Both the position numbers and the translations under genes were made by a program. From Curvularia clavata (taxonomy: Eukaryota), in NCBI GenBank assembly GCA_023920165.1, contig CP089274.1:4774001-4838000 (forward strand): DNA of 64,000 nucleotides. Reading direction: 5' to 3'. The notes under the pieces are model-generated. The model did not search any database and was not told the DNA's origin. It saw nothing but the letters and a program-made list of their open reading frames with translations. This document shows, piece after piece, positions 25,148 through 36,920 of this stretch. Positions within the stretch are counted from its first letter, which is position 1. Every line of letters starts with the position of its first letter.

Positions 25148-27199
25148 ATGTCCCTGTTCCGAAGGCCAGGCGACTCATCGTCAAGTTCTGGCTCGTCTGA
25201 CGAAGAGAGCGAGTATGCAGAGGAAAACCAATTGCCACAAGATAGCCTTCTATCCAGGGTCAACACGTTGGATTCTGCTTCCTCGGGACACCAGGTTCAA
25301 CCTCATCCTCATCGGCCTCCTCGGCCTCCTCTAGATGCACGTCAGAGCTCAACACAGAACGTTCGAGATCTCTTGTTACATTCGTTGTTAGAGGAACGGA
25401 CTATCCGTGAGGTCGCAGCTCAGCTAGGCAAGGATCCATCTGACCCAGAGGCACAGCGATTGGGTAGAGCTTCCTACAAGGAAATTGCTCGTCAGATCTC
25501 CAATAACGTCGACGATGCTTATGCCAGCGATGAGATGCAAGGTCATCGAACCACAGCAAATGAAGGAATCAACAGGCTCATGAAAAGTAATCTAACCCAG
25601 CTCCCCGTTATTCCACAAATATCCTCACATGGTTTAGTGACACTACAAGGTAACACATTGCCTCAGCGTCTACCTCAACAACCATCTCAGGGGCTCGATA
25701 TCTTTTCCGGAATCCCAGCTCCAGTCCAACTTCAGCTCCGAGGTTACCCTCATCTGCAGACCGATCGATATATTCGAGAGTTCTCCGAGCTAGAGATTGT
25801 TGGAAAAGGAGGATATGGCAAAGTTTTTAAAGCTAAACACAAACTGGATGGATCATTCTACGCTGTCAAGAGGATTCCAGTTAGCCCTACCAAGGTTGCA
25901 AGAATCCAAGAGCATGGACCAGAAGAGCTAGAAAGCATGCTTGAAGAAGTTCGCTCGCTTGCTCGATTCGACCATAATAACATCATCCGGTACCATAATG
26001 CCTGGCTCGAGTTTACCACGTTATCCACCGAAGCTACAGGTGTACCAGGAGTGCTTCGACATGATCGTCTTTTGGAAGATCGAACCTCTCCATCATTCTC
26101 TGGAGGAGTCCACGACCTCGATTCCCAGTTGGATCACTTGAGTTTTGACGACTCTCACATTGGGTCCGAGAACAGCAATGGTGCTGGCATCGTCTTTGAG
26201 TTGAGTGAACCTGGAGAAGAGCCTCAAAGTGAAGGTATCAACATGTCTATGAAGGAGACCCTCACACAAACGAGACGCAACCACCGACGCGGCAGCCAAG
26301 CGAGTCAAATGACGATTGCAACTATTTCGTCAACCAAGTCAAAGATGAGCGCTGTCGAAGATGTTGACGAGGAAGAAGACGACGACGATGTTGAGAACAT
26401 TCCCAGATCACACATGCCGGGCGCTCAAGAAGCAATAACCGAGATGTCAGACAGCATGATCACTAACAGCGATGTGCCACATCATCTGATGCAGAAACAA
26501 ACTCTCGGGCCAGTCCTGATGCTTAATGTACAAATGAGTCTGTGTGAATCGAACCTCGCCGCATTCCTTTCCTCGGACCAGTCTGGCTGCGCTGGACAGG
26601 GAAGCAATCAACATTGCTTCCACCCATGCGTGTCGCTGGAGCTACTCAATAATATTGTTTCAGGAGTCGAATACTTACATTCCCAGGGCGTTGTCCACCG
26701 TGATTTGAAGCCAGCAAACGTCTTTCTCTCATTCTCGAAAGCTCGCCATCCACCATACGGTTCCATCGATATGTCGACTTGCAAGTCGTGCCCCGAGCGC
26801 GACCATCTGCACATGACCCCTCGCATCGGCGACTTCGGTCTAGTAGCAGCATTGAGCGACAGTTGCGCGATTCCCGAGCCATTCAGCAAGCCCGTAGGCA
26901 CCGAGTTCTACCGCCCAGTTACAGTCAGCCGCGTCAACGAGAAGCTCGACATCTACGCTCTCGGTGTCATAGCCTTTGAGATGTTGCAAAAGTTCAGCAC
27001 AAGAATGGAGCGCGTCGACACTTTGACAGGGCTTCGTCAAGGCCTTTTCCCAGACGGATTTGCTGAAGGTCATGGGGGTGCGGGCGTGGATATTCAGCAG
27101 TTGATCAGTGGTATGATGGGTGAGGATGAGCAGAAGCGTTTCAGCTGTGATGAGGTCAAGGAGGAGATTAGGAGGATTGTGCAGCGACTGAAAGCTTGA
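25148..27199 (+). CDS. eIF2-alpha kinase family protein kinase (HRI-like, large kinase insert)
   Basis: RYIREFSELEIVGKGGYGKV, HKLDGSFYAVKRI, EVRSLARFDHNNIIRYHNAWLE, long acidic insert, HRDLKPANVF, RIGDFGL; first in-frame ATG at 25148. Confidence 0.88.
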   Translation: MSLFRRPGDSSSSSGSSDEESEYAEENQLPQDSLLSRVNTLDSASSGHQVQPHPHRPPRPPLDARQSSTQNVRDLLLHSLLEERTIREVAAQLGKDPSDPEAQRLGRASYKEIARQISNNVDDAYASDEMQGHRTTANEGINRLMKSNLTQLPVIPQISSHGLVTLQGNTLPQRLPQQPSQGLDIFSGIPAPVQLQLRGYPHLQTDRYIREFSELEIVGKGGYGKVFKAKHKLDGSFYAVKRIPVSPTKVARIQEHGPEELESMLEEVRSLARFDHNNIIRYHNAWLEFTTLSTEATGVPGVLRHDRLLEDRTSPSFSGGVHDLDSQLDHLSFDDSHIGSENSNGAGIVFELSEPGEEPQSEGINMSMKETLTQTRRNHRRGSQASQMTIATISSTKSKMSAVEDVDEEEDDDDVENIPRSHMPGAQEAITEMSDSMITNSDVPHHLMQKQTLGPVLMLNVQMSLCESNLAAFLSSDQSGCAGQGSNQHCFHPCVSLELLNNIVSGVEYLHSQGVVHRDLKPANVFLSFSKARHPPYGSIDMSTCKSCPERDHLHMTPRIGDFGLVAALSDSCAIPEPFSKPVGTEFYRPVTVSRVNEKLDIYALGVIAFEMLQKFSTRMERVDTLTGLRQGLFPDGFAEGHGGAGVDIQQLISGMMGEDEQKRFSCDEVKEEIRRIVQRLKA

Positions 27200-27675
27200 T
27201 GAGCTTGTGCAGCGACCCAAGGTACGATGGGTGAGAAGGAGAAGGAGAATTTCAGCTGCGACAAGGTCCAGGGGATTGGAGATATTGCAGCAATTGAAGG
27301 CATCACGGCTCTGGTTCTTTCCTCTGAGGCGTTTTGAAATCGGATTTTGTAAACTAGGACAGATGGAATGGGCGTTGGTGGGTAGGGGAAAGGTTAGGAT
27401 GTCTTGATACCCAAGTAGGAATGTAACATATGTATAAGTTGTTTCGTATAATGCTGCGTGTGTACCTTGCTACATGTTTTATGTATATGTACATCCTAAT
27501 CTCGAACGCCCAATACCAAATTTCTCAACCATCCCGCTAAGTATGCGATCTACAAATAAACATTTACAACAACCTGCTCTTGTAGGCAAGAGGGCTACCA
27601 GCGCCCTATCAAGAAGAAAATAGCCACGTAAAAAAAAATCCAAATCATCGCATATCGCTCATCATGCCATTCTCG

Positions 27676-28551
27676 TCATTTCCTCTTGTGCATCCAGTCA
27701 TCCACAATATCAAACAGCTGCCCCAACCTGACACCGTCGTGCTCACCTTTTACATGCAGCACCCTGACAGCGCCTCTCTTCTGCCCGCCATCCCTCAACG
27801 TGAGCTCCGTCAACGGCGGCATGGAAACCAGCATATCCCTCCAGGAGCCCTGCTTAGATCCCGCGACGGCCTCATGCGCGATCCAAACATTGAAATCCAT
27901 AATGAGGGGATGAAACACGATTTCCTGACTCGTGCGGATGAGACCAATGCAGCGGCGAGACAGGGTGATTTCGTTTCGCGTGCCCTGCGATATGCGGGTG
28001 CCTAGAGGCTGGGACCCAGACTCTATACTCTGGGGGGTGACGTCGACTTCAAACTCGAACGTGGTCGGGACGAGATTGTAGATCTGCAGGCTGCGCGAGG
28101 GCTTGAGGTAGAGCTGCTCAGCGAGCAGAGGCGAGTCGCCTGGTACGAGGGACCGCCAGGATTGACATACACGCTGGCATCGGAGCAGCTCCCAGAATTC
28201 CAGGTAGAAGAAGACGTGCTGCAGGACTTCGGTGGGTAGGTCGCTGATTCGGCGCTTGTCGGCTGTCTGGGTCTGGGTCTGACTGTGGTGCGAAGATGGG
28301 TTGAAGAGCTGACGCATGCGATCTGCGTAGTTGCCCACGCTGCTCCTACGGATATCTCGCGAGACATCTGAATCACCGCGAGACCGTGTGAACATGGAGG
28401 CCGGCTCCAAGGGCAGCCCCGTGATGGAGGCGCTGCGAGTGGAATGCCCCGACGAGGCGCTCGGCTTACGCCGGCCTGTCGTCGTGTCCTTGAGCATGTC
28501 GGAGAAGCGGGAGAAAGCCGAAAAGTGGGATTGGTACTGTAAGTCCATCAT
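27676..28551 (-). CDS. F-box domain protein
   Basis: ISDLPTEVLQHVFFYLEFWELLRCQRVCQSWRSLV (F-box) and SWRDMLVSMPP; an in-frame stop upstream supports this ATG. Confidence 0.85.
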   Translation of the reverse strand: MMDLQYQSHFSAFSRFSDMLKDTTTGRRKPSASSGHSTRSASITGLPLEPASMFTRSRGDSDVSRDIRRSSVGNYADRMRQLFNPSSHHSQTQTQTADKRRISDLPTEVLQHVFFYLEFWELLRCQRVCQSWRSLVPGDSPLLAEQLYLKPSRSLQIYNLVPTTFEFEVDVTPQSIESGSQPLGTRISQGTRNEITLSRRCIGLIRTSQEIVFHPLIMDFNVWIAHEAVAGSKQGSWRDMLVSMPPLTELTLRDGGQKRGAVRVLHVKGEHDGVRLGQLFDIVDDWMHKRK

Positions 28552-29410
28552 GGTCCCTTTGTTGCTCCCCGCCGGTAGGATCGCAGATGTTCGCCGTGGT
28601 CGGGGGGTTGCGCTTGTTCAGCTGGTACCCTTGGATGCAGCCAAGACCTGAAATGTCGTCAGACTGCTGCTGCCGCCTTGCAATGTTAGTGCGGGGCCGT
28701 TTGTGTAACTAAGGTCGTAGGCAGAGACGGGATGTATCTGCATGCACGAATAGTCCGCAGGTACAAAAAGGGCGAATGTTTATGGCAACGACATCGGTGG
28801 ATATGGCAACTTTCAGAAAACAATGGGCTCATGTGGTAGATGCGGCTGACATGTCATTACACTAGCCCAAAGGGGTCGATGCGCTGCGGGAAGTATGGGG
28901 ATGCCGGAAAAGCAATTCGGGGTCAGGTTTGGATATCGGCATATTTGCTTGATTTTTGCTACCAAGCATGACACGAGAGTGAGGTTGACGCTTTGTTCTT
29001 CTGCTACGATACTAGGGTAACGTGCCACTATTTTGCCGAAGTTGCCCATCGAAAACGCACCAACGTTCCGTCTTTCCCGTATGTTACAAGACCAAGGCGT
29101 CGGGTTGATATGCTGTGATTCTATTGATTTACACGTGTCTGGCTATCATAGCTCGAAAGTAAGGTCATTGTGAATGCCGTCTGTGGGCATAGAGATGACA
29201 TGACTTGGTCGAGTAGTTGACTGGCAAGCGGCATGGAAGTCCGTACAACTTGAAACTACCTTGATGTTAGACTTTTGCAACGTTTTGCCGTGTTTATGCC
29301 TAATTGAATCTTGAGACAAATACGCCGTTGTACTGGCATGCAGTCTTGAGGGATCCCAGTCCAGGCTCTTTGGCGGGGTATCGTTGTGTATGGCCGGTAC
29401 ATTACTCGCT

Positions 29411-30543
29411 TCAACCCACTTCAATGGCTGCTAAAGCACCGATGACCTCTTCAGCAACCCCGTCTTTCTCGACAACCATCTTGGTTACCTGCGAGATGAG
29501 GCCTCTCTTCATGCCGCCTCGCGGTGGTGTCCATACGCCTGATGTTGCGAGCAGTTCGCGCTGTGTAAGGGCGTCGGCAGTGGACGTGGGAGCCGTACCG
29601 CCGGTCGCTGAGTTCATCGAGTTGGGTACGCCTGGCGGGGTCAGATGAGACGGAGGGTCAATTGTTCGTATCGAGACGATGCGAGCGCCCGTAGACGAAT
29701 TTGTCGAATTTGTGCATGCAACGGCAAGGACGGCGTCTGCTACTGCAAGTTCTTCCTTGGCTGGGTCGAATATAATGTTTGAGCCAACGGCCATGGCCAA
29801 TATGATGACGGGAGGCTTTCCCAGCTGTGAAGCAGTGTTTGCGCCTGCGTTCTTGGGATACAGAGGCACGGCTGCGTCCCAATCGTCGTCAAACAGCGGG
29901 TCTTCGTCCTTTTCCGACTTGAGCGCTGGGAGGTGGGTGGTGAGGAGCGCAAGATGCGAGGTCATGGAAAGCAGGGCGAGCGGGTACGACAGGGGAGGGG
30001 AGAGCAGCAGAATCTGGTGATTTTAGTAGCAGTCCTGGGACGCATGGGCAATGGATCAGTTCTTACGTCGATGTAGAGCTTCCAGTGAAAGCGCCTGTTA
30101 ATGTACAACCTGTCTTTGAGCTCCCCGCTGGCCAGCAGACTCTCCGTCAGCATGGAAGCGAGGAAGACAGGCAGGGAATCGTCGTCGCGGAAGCCTGGTA
30201 TCTCGACGCTCATCTCGAGCCATGCATTCTGTCCCTTGCCCTTGGCCTCGTCGGCGCTGTCGGCGTCGCCCATGTCGACATCGTCGGGTTCGCCCAGGAC
30301 GGGCTGCTGGCGAGTCTTTTCCACCTCGGCCTTGACGCCAACCAGGGCCTCTGTGCCGTCCTCGAGCGCAATGCGTGCGCTCCCGTTTGCGCTGGGCAGT
30401 ACGTCATACTCTGCGCGCATGGAGCGAAAGTCACGGGGCCCTTTGGTGACGTCGAGGCGGACCGGGGGCGTCTGTGCCAGGGACGAGCGCAGAAAGGACA
30501 GCTCGGCGGGCGAGAGATTGACGAGGGCGTGCTGGGGCGCCAT
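29411..30543 (-). CDS. RRP42: Exosome RNase-PH subunit Rrp42; intron 30014-30066
   Basis: LSPAELSFL, PSANGSARI, ALVGVKAEVE, HWKLYID-ILLLS, THLALLTTHLP, FDDDWD, FDPAKEE. Confidence 0.88.
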
Positions 30544-30897
30544 GGTGGGCGAATGGGCGTGGTGGTGGTGCAGCTACTGGGGTGGGCGTCGAGGTGTTTG
30601 GTGGGCGCGCATTTCTTTGCATTTGCGCAATTGCTGGCACGGGCCTCGGGGCCATAGCGTGACGGGGCTGCAGCGTCACGCCGTGCACGGTATGGCGTGC
30701 AAGCTACTTCCGCGCGACAACACCAACGTGCAGTCCAAGTCCCGCCGGCTGACCGCTGGTCCTTGGAACGAGGCCTGCCTGCTCTGCATACAACTCACAC
30801 AGGCCCAAACCGCGGGCTTCGACCATATATCCTCGGAAAGGGGAACGCCATGCCACTGTGATCTACGCCCTACGCTACCCCGTCTCACGTACCGCCA

Positions 30898-32730
30898 ATG
30901 TCACCCCCGGCCTCCAAGCGGAATAGCGGCAATGGCATCACCACCATCGACAAGCTCGACTATCCCCCAACCTCCGCGCGCCGCCCTCTCCTCGCCCCCG
31001 ACAGCGATACCGACTCCCAACGACGCAGCCAAGGAACCAGTTACGCCGGTAGCTTCTTCGAACAGGTAGCCGAAGGCATCTACGAACAGGACCGCGTCAG
31101 GATGCAGCGCGCCGTGCTCCGCTGGGTGAGCTTCATATGGGCCATCGTCATCTGTCTCTGCGCTGGTAGCATCACGGCATTCTCTCTCTATGGACATTTG
31201 TTCCAGTCGAAGCTGCATTACACCCAGGTCCAGGTCAACGCCGTCTCCATCGGCGCCGAACTCGGCCTCTACCTCCTCGTCCCCTTGTTTGGATACCTCT
31301 GCGATCGTCTGGGACCTGGTGTGCCTGCCGGTCTAGCGGGCGTCCTGTTCGGCTCTGGTTACCTTCTCGCCGCCTTTGCATACAAGAGCGGGCCGCCGCC
31401 CTCAGCTGCTGGTCATGGATGGCCTTTTGGCGTCATGGTTCTGGCCTTTGCCTTCATTGGCATGGGCACGAGCTGCATGTACCTGTCTGCCGTCACAACG
31501 TGTGCCAAGAACTTTGGCCGTGGGAACAGCAAAGGTGTCGCACTCGCGGTGCCCATTGCTTCGTTCGGGCTAAGTGGCATGTGGCAGAGCCAGGTTGGAA
31601 GCCGTTTGTTGTACGAGAGGAACGAGGATGGCACGAGGGGAGACGTGGACGTGTTCCGCTTCTTTCTCTTCTTGGGTATCCTGCTGCTCTGCGTAGGCTC
31701 CGTCGGCTTCTTCGCTCTGCGCATCGTCGATGAGGAAGAGATGATTGACGAGGCTGTGGACGAGCTGGAGAGATCTGGTCTTCTGCAGCCCGATGGCTTC
31801 TTCTCGCAAGCTGCACACCACCATGGCTACGGTACCATGGCGACGCAGGACCTGTCTGACTCGACGTTTGACTTTCTCCAGTCCGAGGCCGAGCGCCTAA
31901 AGGCAAAGGCAGAAGAGGAGGCTCGCAAGAAGACGTGGCTACTCAACGAAGAAACCCGTCGGTACATCATGGATCCAACCATGTGGTGGCTAGCAGGAGG
32001 CTTTTTCCTCGTCACTGGACCTGGCGAAGCCTTTATTAATAACCTGGGGACCATCATTGAGACCCTCACGCCTTCGCACGTCGCAACCAATACCACACCA
32101 GCAACCCATGTCTCCATTGTGGCCATCACCTCCACTCTTGCCCGTTTGATCACAGGCACACTGTCTGATGTCCTTGCTCCCGTTGCCCCATTACACCAGC
32201 ACCACCGCAATCCAGAATCTGTCGCGAACTCATTGTCGTCTCTCCCGCCTCTTGAGCAGCCTCGCAAGTTCACCGTGTCTCGCATCACTTTCCTTGTCTC
32301 ATTCGCATTCCTCCTCTCGCTCGGACAGCTCCTGCTGGCCACCGGCTGGGTACAGAACCATGCATCTCGCTTTGCAGTTGTATCTGCACTCATTGGTGCC
32401 GGCTATGGCGCCGTGTTCTCCCTCACACCCATTGTTGTTTCTGTTGTATGGGGTGTCGAGAACTTTGGAACAAACTGGGGTATTCTTGCCATGACACCGG
32501 CCGCAGGCGCTACGCTATGGGGTGCCGTATACGCCACCGTGTACCAGAAAGCTGCCGATAGTGTCGAAGCCGGTGTTGAGAAAGATCCAGAAGACGTCCT
32601 CTGCCACGGCAAGGCGTGTTACGCACCAACATTCTGGGCCATGACTTTTAGTGTTTGGTTTGCAATGGGACTTTTCCTGTGGGCTTGGAGAGGTCCCGGT
32701 GGATGGAAGCGAAGGGGCATTGCTGTATAA
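30898..32730 (+). CDS. MCH1: MFS transporter, Mch1/nodulin-like
   Basis: 610 aa single exon with about 12 TM segments; AGSITAFSLYG, YLSAVTTCAKNF, GPGEAFINNLG, VWGVENFGTNWG. Confidence 0.85.
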   Translation: MSPPASKRNSGNGITTIDKLDYPPTSARRPLLAPDSDTDSQRRSQGTSYAGSFFEQVAEGIYEQDRVRMQRAVLRWVSFIWAIVICLCAGSITAFSLYGHLFQSKLHYTQVQVNAVSIGAELGLYLLVPLFGYLCDRLGPGVPAGLAGVLFGSGYLLAAFAYKSGPPPSAAGHGWPFGVMVLAFAFIGMGTSCMYLSAVTTCAKNFGRGNSKGVALAVPIASFGLSGMWQSQVGSRLLYERNEDGTRGDVDVFRFFLFLGILLLCVGSVGFFALRIVDEEEMIDEAVDELERSGLLQPDGFFSQAAHHHGYGTMATQDLSDSTFDFLQSEAERLKAKAEEEARKKTWLLNEETRRYIMDPTMWWLAGGFFLVTGPGEAFINNLGTIIETLTPSHVATNTTPATHVSIVAITSTLARLITGTLSDVLAPVAPLHQHHRNPESVANSLSSLPPLEQPRKFTVSRITFLVSFAFLLSLGQLLLATGWVQNHASRFAVVSALIGAGYGAVFSLTPIVVSVVWGVENFGTNWGILAMTPAAGATLWGAVYATVYQKAADSVEAGVEKDPEDVLCHGKACYAPTFWAMTFSVWFAMGLFLWAWRGPGGWKRRGIAV

Positions 32731-33782
32731 TACCCTAGATCTGACTGTATCTTTCTTCCCTTTCTTTCTGTTTTTGACGCGTTATTTTTTCATGCATGGC
32801 GAAAGGAGTTATCGTTTTGGGGGGTCTGGTTGTTGTTTTATGCGCACAGCAGAGCATTTGCATTGAATCCCTCTAGTCATCGGTTCAAGTACCATCGTTA
32901 AAATGCATTGAAATTGTCGTTCTTTGAGTTCGTGGAGCCCATATTGCAAGTGAGGTGAGAGGGGAGGACGAGCCCAAAAGTTCCGGGACGAACCCCAGGA
33001 AGAACGCCCCGCCCCCCGCTACATCCCGATACCAGCTTATCTAGCGACCCAGCGCACGTGTCATCATCGCCCATTTACCCCGACTCATCTTCTCTTCATC
33101 CAAGTGTTATTGTTGTCTTGATAATTGTTCCAATTCCAAGTTTTGCCACCTGTAACGGGTCCTCATCAGAAGGTGCACCGTCATCCCCATCCACCTTCCT
33201 AATCTCTCACCCCGGCAGGAGCCCAGTTCGAGTCTCGTGGTGTCCTTTTATTCACTCACTTGGGTAACCAGTGATGCTGGAGGGACCTAAGCAATGAATG
33301 CAATCTGACGAGGGAAGCAATTCCGCAGTCTGGTATTCACCATGGGACGGCGGCGCTGGAATACTCCAGTCGTGGGTTGTGAGGGTGCGTTGGCGGGCTG
33401 GTGTATCGACTGATATTTTGCTACTTTTTGGTACACTCTTGCGAGAGACGAACTGTCTCTTTTTGACCCCCCTGCTAACCCAAACTTCATCCCTTCGCGT
33501 TTCGTTGTGTTACACCCCATCCCTACCCATATTTCATTCAGTCGCCAATTTTTTGTCCCATTTTTTCTTCACGTTCACTTTAAACTCATAAAACAAAAAT
33601 AGTAAAAATATTAAATCTTATATTCCTTCATCAACAGCAAGATGCATCAGTAAGCCCGGCGAGGCTACAAAGCTCGTCCTCGCAGTGGGTTCTGTGCACA
33701 GCTCTCAAACGTCAATTCTTTGTCTAGCCATGAGCCCCTTCATAGGCAGTACACCCGCGACCCTAATATACACAGCACACGC

Positions 33783-35763
33783 TTAACCAGAGAACTCCTT
33801 AATGTCCGTAGTCTTGCCGGGAATGAGAGCAAGAGGCACAATACCAGAGACGTGCATCTCAGGACCGTAGACGTGCATGTCGAGGCCGAGCTCCTGGCCG
33901 ACGCTCTTGATGTTCTTAAGACCCTCCTGGTAGTTGGGGCCGGCACGACGGATCCAGATCTGGACCTTGTGCTCAATGAGGAGAGGAGCGACCTCCCTCA
34001 GGGCGCGAATGACACCCTTGAAGGTAGAGGCGACGTTGGTGAAGTTGGCAATACCACCACCAATGAAGAGAACCTTGCCCTCCTCGCGTTGAGGCGCCCT
34101 AAGCATGAGGTCGAGGACGGTACGGGCGTAGTGGAAGGTCTGGGTCTCTGTTGGAGCACCAGAGTACTCACCGTAGTTGGCGAGCTCGCTAGCGAAACCG
34201 GCAGAGGCAATGGCGTCGGCGTAGACGACAGAGGCACCACCACCAGCGACGAGGGTCCAGACGCGGCCAGTGGAGTTGAGGATAGTCAGCTTGAGGGAAG
34301 CACCAGTCTTCGCGTCCATCTCGGCAATGTACGCCTCCTCCTTGCTCATCTCACGACCGAAAGGAGCGGGGAACTCCATTGGGGGACCGACGTCAATGGT
34401 CGTCTTGCCGTCCTTTGGAGCAGCAGCAGCAGCAGCTATGCCGAGAGCATTTGCGCTACGAGCAATAGCCCACTTAGCACCGCACTCGAACTCAGCGGTC
34501 TGGTCGAGCTTGGCAGCAAGATCAAGGAAGTGAACCTCAGCTGAGGTCTTGTCGGCGTTAGGGATGACGACGAGAGGGTTGATCTCGAGGTAGCTGCAGC
34601 AGCGCATTAGTGTCAAGTAGTCGGGCATGCAGACAGCTGACTTACGTGAACTGGCAGTCGACATAGACGGCGTATAACCTCGAGATGAAGTCAACGAGGA
34701 CATTGTGTACACCCTGGGGAACCTTCTTCAGGAGGGTGGCGGCAATCTCCTCATTTGAGGGGTACTCCTTAAGGTCGACGGGGATGAGAAGCTTCTCCGC
34801 CTTCTCGTCGACATCACCGACATCGACACCGCCCTCGTGGGTGAAGAGGATCCAGTCACCCTAAGCGCAGACGTTAGCGGCCAGATCGGCATGAGATTAA
34901 CGAGAATGGCAAGATCGCGCAGTGGCCCACAGGCGCAGCTAGCAAGAGCCGCAACACCAAAAGTAGGCGATTGAAAAACGCTGGTACAGCAACGTAATAC
35001 GCTGAGAAGAAGCATGAAAATTGACATGTGAAAGTGGACGTGCGTATCGCAAGGGAGTGTGCTTTGCAGAAGTGGGTCGGGCATGTTTCCCTTCGTCCGG
35101 CCGGGCTTCAAACAAAACCAGGCTATGCTCCCGTGTGCTTGAGCCAGCCCTTCCGTTCCGCTCGCACTTGCCTTGCAGGCTCCCGCCCAGCGCGCCCAAA
35201 CATGTCGTTTACACGCCTGTCGCTGCGCCAGGCGGCGTCCTGCTGCGAATCGACTTGAAGAAGAAGAGACTGACAGAAAAAAAGAGGAGGAGAAGAAGAA
35301 GACCAGAAAAAGAAGAACATACCTCTCGCACAGAGTTGATGTTGATGTAGTACTCGGTGTCCTGGGGGTGGGGGACGAAAGGCTCGACCAAGAACTGCCT
35401 CAAGACACCGTCGACCGTCTCGACACGCTGCGACTTTCCTGCCCTCGCCTCGATCCACTCACGCGCCTCAGCCCAGGTCTTGTTCAAGGCCAGCAGACCG
35501 CTCTTGCCTCGCCTCTTGATGAGTTGATCTGGCTTTGCAACAAACTTGGAGCCGGGGGCCAGCAGCCATGGGTATGTGGCCTCGGCCTGGTCGAGGATGC
35601 CCTTGACATCCTCGTCGGCAGGGAAGTAGAGGGATGCAAGCTTAGGAGGAGGGTTGTGTGTGGCCTGGGGAGGAAGAGGAGTCGGCTTGATGACTGGAGC
35701 GCGAGTGAGGTGGTAGTTGAGGATGGCCTTGCCGTCGGCCTCGAGGATGGACTTGGCTGACAT
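33783..35763 (-). CDS. ACL2: ATP-citrate lyase, SCS-beta-like subunit; exons 35763-35323, 34860-34646, 34593-33783
   Basis: [77 protein letters not shown]. Confidence 0.96.
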
Positions 35764-36650
35764 TGTGAAGCTGGGTCGTCAAACTACACTGCAGGAGAGG
35801 AGTGAGTATGGCTGGGGACGAAGAAAGAAGCTTGCGGGGGGGAGGCAATGGATGGGCTGCAAAGAGATATGGCAGAGAAGGGGCCAGGAGATGTGCAGAG
35901 CAAAGCCAATGCGGACAAGGACGACTTCGGCTATCGATACGGAGTGTTGAGCGATATCCGGCGACGAAGATGAGACTTCGGACAAAGATGGTGAGGGGGC
36001 CGGCACAAGAAGATGCAAAATGGGCAGGGCGGGGCAGCGGACACGCACCTATAATGGTTGAGGCTGGGCTCAGGGTCGACAGAAGGATTCAGAAGAAAGT
36101 GCTGGAAAATGCAGACGGCTGGTCAAACGGCTGGTCAGGAAGCTTGCGAGGCGGTCTGATGTTTTTTCTTGCGTGTTGAGCTTGCGAGTTGCGGGCAAAT
36201 GCAGGGCTAGGACACTCGGCGCGCCCCTGGCCTATCACCGCCGGCCCACCCCACCACGGCCACAGGCACAGCATCGACGAGATATCAACGCCCCGAGCCC
36301 ATGGCCTTCCGGACGGAATCGCGCCCTCTGCGCGCCATGGGAATCTGCGCGGAGGAGCCACTGCGAGCCACACAGGGCAGCGTTTCCCCCGCCGTCATGC
36401 CCGCCCTGCCAGCGCTGTCCGACGCGGCGGGCGCTGCAATTCAGAGACATTCGGGTCCCCGTTCACCGCTCGGGACTCGGGCCTAGCGCCGCAGCGATTT
36501 AGTTTGTGCAGGGGATTCTCCAGCTCAACACCGCACCACCAGCAGCAGGGGCCCAACATTCGGAAAGAATCGCTGCTCCCCTTCGCAACCTTCTCCTCAA
36601 TTGTCCAAGCATCCTCTGCATTGTCCATTGTCCGGCATTGCACCCATAAG

Positions 36651-36867
36651 GTGAGTCCCCCTCTGCCAGCCCGCCCCTCCGCTCCATCCCACCTGTCCAT
36701 TGTCCTTGTGCCCTGGCCCCAGCAGCTTGCCCGCAGCATTTTTTCTAGTCCTGCGACCTGCAACTTGCCCTCTCCCCCTTCCGCCAGCACTCCCGCATTA
36801 GACTGCGTGCGGCTGCATCACTCCCATACAATAGCCCCGGGCCCGACTGACTCCTCGTCCTTTGCAG
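36651..36867 (+). other. Probable 5'-UTR intron of ACL1
   Basis: AAG|GTGAGT donor at 36651, CTGAC branch at about 36847, TTTGCAG acceptor at 36867 (alternative AG at 36895). Confidence 0.55.
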
Positions 36868-36920
36868 ACCTCCCTTCAGAGCTTCACATTGACAGGTGAC
36901 GACACACGCACACGGCCACA

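Noticed and set aside
36189..36899. 236-aa ORF between the ACL genes
   Set aside because: Non-ATG start; overlaps the promoter and 5'-UTR intron; no recognisable domain.
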